12,306 bases of DNA from a virus (Duplodnaviria > Heunggongvirae > Uroviricota > Caudoviricetes). The translations under genes were made by a program, and so were the position numbers. The stretch lies in IMG/VR virus record IMGVR_UViG_3300029849_000005, positions 7,631-19,936 of that record. One strand, written 5' to 3'. How positions within the stretch are numbered: the first letter of the stretch is position 1; every line of letters begins with the position of its first letter. Shown one piece after another: positions 1 through 7,265 of the stretch. The notes beneath the pieces are model-generated. The model saw only the letters and a program-made list of their open reading frames with translations, had not been told where the DNA came from and ran no database searches.

Positions 1-606
1 CTTATACCAGCACGGTATTATACAATTTAATTCCTTACCAAACTTAACCTTAGAGTAATTGCAATACCTAGTACTTTCTTGAGCGAAGCTAAATAGTCTG
101 TGTCTACAGAACTCTCTAGCAACTCCCATATCACATATAAATCTTACAGTGACACGTTTAACGTGATATTCTGTAGGTTCACACAGATATTCAAGAACTC
201 CTTGTAGGTCATGCTCTATTATTACCCTATAGTTAGTAGTATAGTAGTAATAATCTCCATCACTAATATATCTTGTATAGGGATTAAGGCATAAAGTACT
301 CCAGTTAGTTCCAAACTGGAATCCCTCATCTACTACACTATTAGGAACTTTAAGATACACAGTACCATGCTCTAACATAGCACCGTGTCCTGACTTAACC
401 ATTCTATCCACAAACTCCTTCGCAGAAGTTTCTGTTATTTTATCCTCTGATTTGTAACAAGTTCTTCCAGCTATTTCTATTTGTCTATATACAGAGTTTA
501 TAAGCTCATCTTTCCACATTCGAGGGCCAATTTCCATATCTGCTGGAATAACTATATCTCTTGGTTTTTGTTCTATTATTTCAAAACTTGGTTTTATTAA
601 TTTCAT
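1..606 (-). CDS. thyX: Flavin-dependent thymidylate synthase ThyX (3' end runs off the window)
   Basis: Not in the ORF track because no stop falls in the window. Manual translation from ATG at 606: MKLIKPSFEIIEQ...IEIAGRTCYKSEDKI...GHGAMLEHGTVYL...VAREFCRHRLFSFAQESTRYCNYSK. Contains the ThyX signature RHRxxSxxQESTRY and the N-terminal GHxSxLEH-like motif. Start overlaps the upstream stop (ATGA). Confidence 0.95.
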   Translation of the reverse strand, partial: MKLIKPSFEIIEQKPRDIVIPADMEIGPRMWKDELINSVYRQIEIAGRTCYKSEDKITETSAKEFVDRMVKSGHGAMLEHGTVYLKVPNSVVDEGFQFGTNWSTLCLNPYTRYISDGDYYYYTTNYRVIIEHDLQGVLEYLCEPTEYHVKRVTVRFICDMGVAREFCRHRLFSFAQESTRYCNYSKVKFGKELNCIIPCWYK

Positions 607-1031
607 TTTGCTTTCGCGAATAATGGACTACGTAACATAATCTCTTTTACTGACAATTCTTCAAGGACTCTTGCATAATTGTTTATCATCTCTAATCCAT
701 ATTCTTTATTGTAACCTTCGTCATGTCCTAATGTATTAGAAACCAATTGAATTGCAGAAGAGATTAACCCTATGTCTGTTGTATCAACTGGAGCTAATGT
801 GTAGGTTTCATCAATTCTATCATTACAGCTAAATCTAAAACTAGAAGCACGACATTGCTTCTTTATAAAAGTTACATTTTTCAGGATGCAGATACTACTT
901 TCGAGAGTTTTCATTACAACTCCATCATAGAATCCCATCCCTATTAAAAATCCTCCTCTGTATACTCTATAAAGTATCTCATTACTATAACTATTATTAT
1001 ACCAATTATAAAATTGCTAGTAGCTTAACAT
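603..1031 (-). CDS. Hypothetical protein (142 aa if TAG at 1019-1017 is read as sense; 111 aa from ATG 938 in the standard code)
   Basis: ORF track gives 603..938. The same frame extends to an ATG at 1031, one base after the polA stop, through a single TAG: ATG TTA AGC TAC TAG CAA TTT TAT AAT TGG... Confidence 0.7.
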
Positions 1032-1032
1032 A

Positions 1033-1285
1033 TTAATGAATCCAATGGTCTCCAATTGATATATCTGCTGTTAATGGCGCTCTTGTACAAAATGGCTTAC
1101 CTCCAGATTCCATACATTGAACTAATATCTTAGCTACTTCTTCTGCTATTTCTTCGGGAGCTTCAAGATTGATTTCATCATGCACAGGAATACAATACTT
1201 AACTTTAAAAAGTAAATTGTTTTCCTTTAGCCAATTGAATAGCTTTATAGAAGCTAGCTTGAAGCACAGTGCCCCTGCTCCTTGT
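1033..1285 (-). CDS. polA: DNA polymerase family A, exon 2 (C-terminal palm, motif C)
   Basis: Manual translation after the split Ile codon: QGAGALCFKLASIKLFNWLKENNLLFKVKYCIPVHDEINLEAPEEIAEEVAKILVQCMESGGKPFCTRAPLTADISIGDHWIH-stop (TAA 1035-1033). VHDE is PolA motif C, which is absent from the 654-aa ORF. Confidence 0.95.
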
Positions 1286-1293
1286 CATATTTG

Positions 1294-2034
1294 TTATCTC
1301 TGAGACTCTTTATTCTCAGACTCTACATTTTCTTTTTCAATGTAGTTCGGACTATATCTTAAAATGTTTTTACAAAAGTTATATAATTCTTCTGGAGTCG
1401 CTGAATTCTTCATAGTATTAGCTTTCATACTAATAATTTGAATATTTCCTTTTATATATCCTTTAGAATTATCTATTCTATCTATCGATGGGGAATAAGA
1501 ATAATCATCCTTACTCCCAAATTGAAAGGGAACTTCCAATATAGGGCAATATTTTGGAATTACTATATCTTCCAACTCTAAATTAAAGTCTAGACCTCTT
1601 TGTTCTGCTCTATACCTACATTTTCTTAGGATTTCTGCCTCATAGTTATTTTCACGTGATTTCCTTTTTTGTTCCGCAATTTCAGCTTTATACTCAGGAC
1701 TTACCTTCAATCGAAGTTTTCTGAAATAATTCTTATCTCTACCTTGATTAATAGCAGAATGCTCAGAATAGCACGCTTTACATAACCATTTTCTACCAGT
1801 TTTGCTTTTTGCATCTTCTGCAAATTCAATTATTGGAAGTTCTCTTTTACAAACTGGGCAAATATTCATTCCTTCAGTCTGTAACACTTCAATAGATGTT
1901 CCTAATCTTGTTCTTCGTTTTTCCTTAGTACAAATTTTGCAAAAATTGGTATGACCGTCTTTGCATCCTTTATTTTTTGGGAAATCCTCTAATGGAAGTT
2001 CTTTTCCGCAACTTTTACATACTTTTGTCTCCAT
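1294..2034 (-). CDS. Intron-encoded putative homing endonuclease: two N-terminal C4 Zn-finger repeats + C-terminal HNH-like (beta-beta-alpha-metal) domain
   Basis: Repeats CKSCGKELPLEDF...CKIC and CPVCKRELPIIEF...CKAC. C-terminal CPIL...SPSIDRIDNSKGYIKGNIQIISMKANTMK. Starts in the P8 loop of the intron. Confidence 0.85.
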   Translation of the reverse strand: METKVCKSCGKELPLEDFPKNKGCKDGHTNFCKICTKEKRRTRLGTSIEVLQTEGMNICPVCKRELPIIEFAEDAKSKTGRKWLCKACYSEHSAINQGRDKNYFRKLRLKVSPEYKAEIAEQKRKSRENNYEAEILRKCRYRAEQRGLDFNLELEDIVIPKYCPILEVPFQFGSKDDYSYSPSIDRIDNSKGYIKGNIQIISMKANTMKNSATPEELYNFCKNILRYSPNYIEKENVESENKESQR

Positions 2035-2036
2035 AT

Positions 2037-2085
2037 AAATTATTATTACTCTGTTTTTAATTCACAACAAAGATAATAATAATTT
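2037..2085 (-). promoter_or_regulatory. Hairpin over the endonuclease translation-initiation region, containing a Bacteroidota -7 promoter element (TAnnTTTG)
   Basis: Minus strand AAATTATTATTA-T-CTTTGTT-(10-nt loop)-AACAGAG-TAATAATAATTT: a perfect 12-bp arm plus a 7-bp arm with one G.U, ending 2 nt before the ATG at 2034. TATCTTTG lies at 2075-2068. No clear -33 TTTG seen. Confidence 0.65.
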
Positions 2086-2264
2086 TTGGATAATTAAAAC
2101 ATTTTCTCCCTTTTCGTGGAATTTTACCTTCCTTACCGCCTTGAAGTAAGGAATCCATATTCTAGTCTCTACACCTTCATAATATTACTATTATGCTTGG
2201 CTCGGTATTCCCATCTCAGGGTTCACCGAATTTAAGGAGTTTTAATCCGACACAAGTCTCCTCC

Positions 2265-4180
2265 ATCGGATAATTAATAGACTGCTTCTCAGACTCTGCT
2301 TTACGTCTTGCTAAACGTCTAACACCTTGTACAGTGTCACAGTCAGGGTCTTCCTGCTTCATTTCTCTATAATATGCCCAGAACTCAGGGTCTTCTTGCT
2401 TATCCATCTGTCTTTTAAGTTCATCATAGTCATAGATATATGCCTTATGCCCAGTTATCTTACTTAATAAGATATAACCTTTACGCATAACATCTACTCT
2501 ACGGAAATCCTGATACCTCTTCAAGCCAGCAAAACCTGACATATAGTTCTCATAGATTTCTTTAGCTCTCTTGGCATCAAGACCATAATTCCTTATTAAG
2601 GTACTGTCTTGACCACCATAATTGAAACAGAACTCATAACCTTTAGCTTCCTGCCTTAGGTCTTTAAAGTTCTTCTTAATATCCTTTAGGGGCATATCCC
2701 TTGGAATTTGTTGGAACACCATCTTGGCGGTTAGACTATGTAAGTCACCACTACCATTAGTTAGCTCTTCCAACATAGCTTCATCGTTAGCCATAGATGC
2801 CATTAGATATGACTCTTGACCACTATAGTCAGCTGAAATCCACCTGTTACCTTTATCGGAAACAAAGCAGGCTCTAGTTTGAGCGTCATGTGGTAGATTC
2901 TGAAGATTAGGTTCTGTTGAACTTAACCTACCAGTATCAGTTCCTAACTGGTTGAATTTAGCATGGATTCTACCAGTTACAGGATTTATCAAGTTTAAGA
3001 ACTTTTGACCAAAGGTATTAACAATGATAGCAGCTTTCTTATACTTTATATATATTGGAATTAGAGGACTCTTAGATGCTTGTGGTTCTACCACTTTAAT
3101 ATCCACAGACTTCTTATAATGCTTGGTCTTCTTATCCAATACTCTTAGATTCAATCCCAATTCTTCAAATAATGGGATTACTTGCTGGGAACTAGTCCAG
3201 TTTATATGACATCTTGGCTTAGTATCAAAACCACTAAACAAATCACCTTGCATATTAACAGAACAGTAGTTACCAGTTTGTTTAATAACATAAGCCTCAC
3301 TGTCATGACTTGCTCCAGTAGAATCAAACTCTGGTGCTCTAACAGCATTTAGAGGTAACTTAGCTCTCTCTTCTTTGAGTACATCCTCAGACTTATACCA
3401 TTTATCAATATGGATAACTTGATTGATAGTATAGCCCTTATCACCGTATTCTGTGCAATAACGCTCTACCCAATCATTTAGTTCTGCTTCATATCTCTCA
3501 AGGTTATTAAGGTCAGTAGTCATTTTGATTTTCCACTTATCAATGTCTAACTTAGCCCCACAATATTCTATATATGCTAGGCACTTAACAAACTCATTCT
3601 CGAAATCAATAGCCTTTAACAGACCTTTCTTCTCTAGTTCGATAAGCTGTTTGTCCCTAATCCTTCCCAGATAGGAAACATCTCCTGCAGCATACACAAT
3701 AACATTTTCTGTTAATCCAGTCTGTATAATCTTACCTCGTACAGACTTATCCATATCTACTCCTAGATAATTGATACTAGCAGCTTTCAAACTCATCTCA
3801 TGCATACCTGCTGGATAACCTAGCCAAAGTAACTTCTCGGCTAAATAACCATCATATACTCTCATAGGAATGATTCTTTGATGATATAGGAATTTCAAGT
3901 CAAACTTAATATTCCAACCTAAGAATATCCTTTGAGGGTTCTCCATATACCCCTTAAATAGGTGTATGTCCACAGATGTACAATCAATAACTACTTGAAA
4001 GTCTGCACAACCAAGTTGAACAGTTAATAGTTCCTTAGTATATGGGTCTAAACCCATAGTTTCAGTATCCAGCTCTACTACATTGAGAGGTGCTAATAAT
4101 TCTAAAGCCTCCTCGGCACTGATGACTTTATATCTATCAGATGCCCAGAGAGACTGTTGCTTGGTTACTAAATATATCAT
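2265..4180 (-). CDS. polA: DNA polymerase family A, exon 1 (3'-5' exonuclease + polymerase motifs A and B); spliced product 722 aa
   Basis: ExoI LDTET, ExoII WNIKFD, ExoIII YAAGD; TGRLSSTEPNLQNLP; motif A ADYSGQE; motif B RQEAKGYEFCFNYG; ends SINYP-(AT). No 5'-3' exonuclease domain. The last 16 aa of the ORF-track protein are intron read-through. Confidence 0.96.
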
Positions 4181-4404
4181 TAATATATAGCTATGTCTAC
4201 ATCATTAATATCAATATCTCCAAGCTGTGATAAAGCTGCAATAAGACGCTGTTTAATAGCCTCTCTAGCTTCATCAATGTCTAAATAGCCATAGTATTCA
4301 TACCATGCTATACCTTTAACACCTAAGTCGAATTTAAACGTCTCTTCTTGAACGTTATACGGAGCGAAGGGGTCATTCTCTGCTCCTAATGGTAAATTAC
4401 TCAT
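4180..4404 (-). CDS. Small hypothetical phage protein (N-terminal LPLGAENDPFAPYN motif)
   Basis: 74-aa ORF with a TAATG overlap to the polA start. A PxGAxxDPxAP(W/Y)N N-terminus is, from recollection, frequent in Bacteroidota phage small proteins. Confidence 0.75.
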   Translation of the reverse strand: MSNLPLGAENDPFAPYNVQEETFKFDLGVKGIAWYEYYGYLDIDEAREAIKQRLIAALSQLGDIDINDVDIAIY

Positions 4405-4462
4405 TGTGTTTTGCTTTTATAAATCCTAACGAGTAATCTAATACAGTACTTATTTCTAAGCC

Positions 4463-5221
4463 TTAAACAGTTGCATAATACAACAGAGTTGGATTATCTT
4501 TCTGAATATCAATCGGGTCCATGTTCTTAATAGCTAGCTTTTGGTTAAACTGCTGAACATCAAATCCAATAGTTATTAGATGATAACCATGTAGTGTAGG
4601 AATTTGATACCTTACTTTGTTCTCCTCAACACCTCTACATTTATTGACTAGTGTAATAATTGTCTTTAAATATTCGGGGTCTTTGGAGTCAACATCAACC
4701 ACCCACAGTGGTTTATATCCTTTAGCTCTATTTCCACCACATGCACTATCCCATACTCTATAACCCTGATATGAGTTACCTTCTGAGACTAGCTTAGCAT
4801 ATTGCTGAATAGAAGCCAAAGCAACCTCTTGAGCATTCCTCTTATTAAGATGAATATACGCTCTAGCGTTGTTCTTTAGACATAACTCTTTAATCTTTTC
4901 TTTCTTGGTTAAGAACTGGTCTTTACTAAAGATATAGTAAGTCTTAATAGTTCTATAACCATTGTTCCCAATTTGAGTGATATTACCATCCTTCTTACGT
5001 TGAATGATTTGTAAGAAATAGAACTCATCCTGGCTATTAAATTCCAAGATATTTTCTATCATGTCAAAGTTATCTACAATGGTAAGATTACTTAAACACT
5101 GTTCACAGAAGTCATAACCGCTGTGTTCCTTACGATATTTCTCAAATGGAATATTCTGTTCCATAATGATGCTACATCCATCACAGACTACAGCACCATT
5201 TCCTCCGTTAAACTTGTACAT
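4463..5221 (-). CDS. Hypothetical protein: N-terminal C4 Zn finger + possible archaeo-eukaryotic primase (AEP)-like domain
   Basis: CDGC...CEQC; hhhDhD (WVVDVD) followed about 30 aa later by IPTLHGYHL (sxH-type motif II) and a late DIQKD. The function is inferred from motif spacing only. Confidence 0.6.
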   Translation of the reverse strand: MYKFNGGNGAVVCDGCSIIMEQNIPFEKYRKEHSGYDFCEQCLSNLTIVDNFDMIENILEFNSQDEFYFLQIIQRKKDGNITQIGNNGYRTIKTYYIFSKDQFLTKKEKIKELCLKNNARAYIHLNKRNAQEVALASIQQYAKLVSEGNSYQGYRVWDSACGGNRAKGYKPLWVVDVDSKDPEYLKTIITLVNKCRGVEENKVRYQIPTLHGYHLITIGFDVQQFNQKLAIKNMDPIDIQKDNPTLLYYATV

Positions 5222-5340
5222 TACTTATCTCCATTAGAATACAACAATGTGTCATCTTTAGCTAGATAAATTTCGTGAGTAGGCTGACCTCCATTCTCTT
5301 GTGGTGTAAGGAACACGTCGCTTTCAAAGAACTCCTCCAT
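5221..5340 (-). pseudogene. Short ORF or 3' remnant of a small acidic phage gene
   Basis: MEEFFESDVFLTPQENGGQPTHEIYLAKDDTLLYSNGDK-stop (39 aa). Its stop overlaps the next ATG (TAATG). The frame stays open upstream (LVKDGDVDSTD) into the end of ORF 5366..5548. Confidence 0.5.
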
Positions 5341-5365
5341 GTCTGTACTGTCCACATCACCATCT

Positions 5366-5548
5366 TTAACCAGTGTATTTCTGACCGTAATCTCCCTCTA
5401 CTTTCTTAGTAGCTGGGTTAATATCACCCCAATCTGCTGGGTTACCTATAGGTTCAATATAATACTTCTTACCAGTAGTTAGTGATTTAACAATAAACCT
5501 ACCAGTTTCATCAGTATTAGTTAAGAACCTCTTATCCAAATCAGTCAC
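5366..5548 (-). CDS. Hypothetical phage protein, possibly C-terminally truncated
   Basis: 60-aa ORF with a GTG start overlapping the upstream gene end. Protein-like motifs TDETGRFIV, EPIG, WGDINPAT; ends abruptly at YTG. Confidence 0.65.
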   Translation of the reverse strand: MTDLDKRFLTNTDETGRFIVKSLTTGKKYYIEPIGNPADWGDINPATKKVEGDYGQKYTG

Positions 5549-5717
5549 GTGGAATTACGTCTAAGTCTGTTAAGTAAAATGAATGATTATCTTGGTCTTT
5601 TTGTATGAAATAGCCATTTACTTCAACATTCTCCCCTTTAAGAGTGTGTATTACCACTTCTCTATCAGGGTCGAATTGTTTCAGTATTTCAATTAGCTGT
5701 CCTACTAATATTGCCAT
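5541..5717 (-). CDS. Small hypothetical protein (58 aa, below the ORF-track cutoff)
   Basis: MAILVGQLIEILKQFDPDREVVIHTLKGENVEVNGYFIQKDQDNHSFYLTDLDVIPRD-stop. ATG overlaps the pnk stop (TAATG) and the ORF fills the gap exactly. Confidence 0.8.
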   Translation of the reverse strand: MAILVGQLIEILKQFDPDREVVIHTLKGENVEVNGYFIQKDQDNHSFYLTDLDVIPRD

Positions 5718-6631
5718 TAGAACTTTCCTTCATTAGGTTGTAAGCACACTAATCCTTGTTCTCTCCACATCTTGACACACTTATAATTGTCTTCAAGGAC
5801 GAATTGAACATTGTACTTGCCTTTGATATTATCTTCATAGATTTTCTTCTTGCAATCAGCTCCAGGACTGTAATCCTTAACTGGACGGAAGAATAGGTCA
5901 TCTACTATAATATCGTGTTTAGCTAACCACTTCTTAGTAGCGGCTATGATTTCTGGAGTGCCTTCTCTGCCAGTAACAATGAATACTTTACACTTCTCAT
6001 ACATACGTCTAACAAGCATACAAGTACCTTCAATAGCTACATCATCTAACATACCCTCAGCTGCACCTTCTCCAAAGTAAGGTCTGCCAGTAGTATTTAG
6101 ACACAATGTAGCATCCATATCTACAATGATTGCTGCTGGTAGGTTAGTATCTTGAACTAATGACTTAGCTTTGGCTGCCATAATTTCTTCATGGATTATG
6201 AAGTCCTTATAACGCCTCCAAGTTTGCCTAATAACCTTCTCTCCAATTGGATTAGGTCTCATGGCATCCCGGCGAATACATTCTTCAACAGGAGTCCAAA
6301 AGTCCTTATACTCTATATCAACATGTATTCCCTTGTCCTTCTCTATATTGGCACATAGAGTTCTAATCCATTCATCCTCTTTGGGATTCAGATTCATATT
6401 ATCAACTACTACATCGTAACCTTTAATCAAAGCAAACGTTATCATATTAGCTTTAGCTTCAGTAACTAGCTTCTCCCTATTAGGAACCCAGTAATCACCT
6501 AACATGTTACGAATATCATCATTGTTAAATCTTACTCTGTGCTCTGGGTCTTCGTGACACCATTGTTTAGCCCAAGTAGATTTACCTGAACCTTGAATAC
6601 CTCTACAAATTATTAATACTCGCTTGTCCAT
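5717..6631 (-). CDS. pseT: Polynucleotide 5'-kinase / 3'-phosphatase (T4 PseT/Pnkp-like)
   Basis: N-terminal P-loop GIQGSGKST, RFNNDDIR, VVDNMN, ECIRRDAMR. C-terminal HAD domain IVDMDAT, IVTGR, K, VLEDN. 304 aa, about the size of T4 PNK. Confidence 0.92.
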   Translation of the reverse strand: MDKRVLIICRGIQGSGKSTWAKQWCHEDPEHRVRFNNDDIRNMLGDYWVPNREKLVTEAKANMITFALIKGYDVVVDNMNLNPKEDEWIRTLCANIEKDKGIHVDIEYKDFWTPVEECIRRDAMRPNPIGEKVIRQTWRRYKDFIIHEEIMAAKAKSLVQDTNLPAAIIVDMDATLCLNTTGRPYFGEGAAEGMLDDVAIEGTCMLVRRMYEKCKVFIVTGREGTPEIIAATKKWLAKHDIIVDDLFFRPVKDYSPGADCKKKIYEDNIKGKYNVQFVLEDNYKCVKMWREQGLVCLQPNEGKF

Positions 6632-6867
6632 AAAGATTCTTTAGAATTGAGTTTATATTCAGCAGTATCTTCCCAATCCATTATATCTTCTGTGCTTTCG
6701 TAATCAATCAGCTCATACTCCCGACTCAAAATTTCTCCATCTTCTTCATAATAGTCGTTGTCCTCTATTCTAGTAATGGCATCCTCGACACCTTCTGCCT
6801 GAATCTTTACATGCTCTTTAAGTGCCACTCTTGCTATTGATGTTACTACAAACTCAAATGTTTCCAT
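6613..6867 (-). CDS. Small acidic hypothetical protein
   Basis: 84-aa ORF coupled to its neighbours; IQAEGVEDA resembles the (V/I)EAxSxEEA pattern of small phage proteins. Confidence 0.75.
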   Translation of the reverse strand: METFEFVVTSIARVALKEHVKIQAEGVEDAITRIEDNDYYEEDGEILSREYELIDYESTEDIMDWEDTAEYKLNSKESLWTSEY

Positions 6868-7265
6868 TAATCAATATTACATAAGACATCACTGAATCCG
6901 CTATAATCTAAATCAGTTAAAACGTCCCGTATAAACGATATATAATCTCTTGTGCTTTGCAAATCTCGTATATACTCTTTAGTGGATATTATCTCCTCTA
7001 TAGATTCGGGATTACCATAACAGAATTTCTCGTATTCTGTACGTCTAGTTTCTGCTTTAGTAATGTCAGCATCAATGTCTTGAATTACTGATTCAACATC
7101 ACTAATAGTGAGTTTAGTATACTTCTCCTCATTACCAGCATATGCTATATTGAGATTGTCAGAGAATCTCTGATATACCTCATTAGACCTACTAAATGAT
7201 TGAAGTAGTAACTTCTCCTCCGGATGTGCCCTAGGCACTAAGTAAAATGATAAATAACTACTCAT
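6867..7265 (-). CDS. Hypothetical protein (helical/coiled-coil C-terminal half)
   Basis: 132-aa ORF with ATGA and TAATG overlaps on either side. Confidence 0.8.
   Translation of the reverse strand: MSSYLSFYLVPRAHPEEKLLLQSFSRSNEVYQRFSDNLNIAYAGNEEKYTKLTISDVESVIQDIDADITKAETRRTEYEKFCYGNPESIEEIISTKEYIRDLQSTRDYISFIRDVLTDLDYSGFSDVLCNID

Larger units (their letters stand above)
1286..2264 (-). mobile_element. Group I self-splicing intron (phage IA-like) in polA, 979 nt
   Basis: 5' exon ends in U (CCGAU, 2265) and the intron ends in G (1286). P1: exon AUCCGAU pairs with GUCGGAU (2251-2245) with a U.G pair at the splice site. P10: CUUGU (2256-2252) pairs with 3' exon ACAAG. P3 CUCCUU/AGGGAG; P4 UUCGGU/ACCGAG; P6a CAUAAUA-GUAA-UAUUAUG; R element GUGUAGAGACUA (2174-2163); S element AAGAUAUAGUCC (1360-1349); P8 AAAAUGUUUU/AAAACAUUUU; P9 hairpins CUACAUU/AAUGUAG and UCUGAGA/UCUCAGA. 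Splicing restores NYPIQG. Confidence 0.95.

Noticed and set aside
2129..2153. Hairpin TTCCTTAC...GTAAGGAA as a terminator
   Set aside because: Lies between P7 and P3' of the intron (P7.1/P7.2-type element) and has no U-tract.
2216..2264. C-terminus MEETCVGLKLLKFGEP of the 654-aa ORF, or polA as a truncated pseudogene
   Set aside because: These bases are intron P1-P5 sequence; the real C-terminus is exon 2 at 1285..1033.
3215..3465. Possible intein in PolA
   Set aside because: No C/S-start block A or HN-C/S/T end motif, and too short; treated as a thumb insertion.
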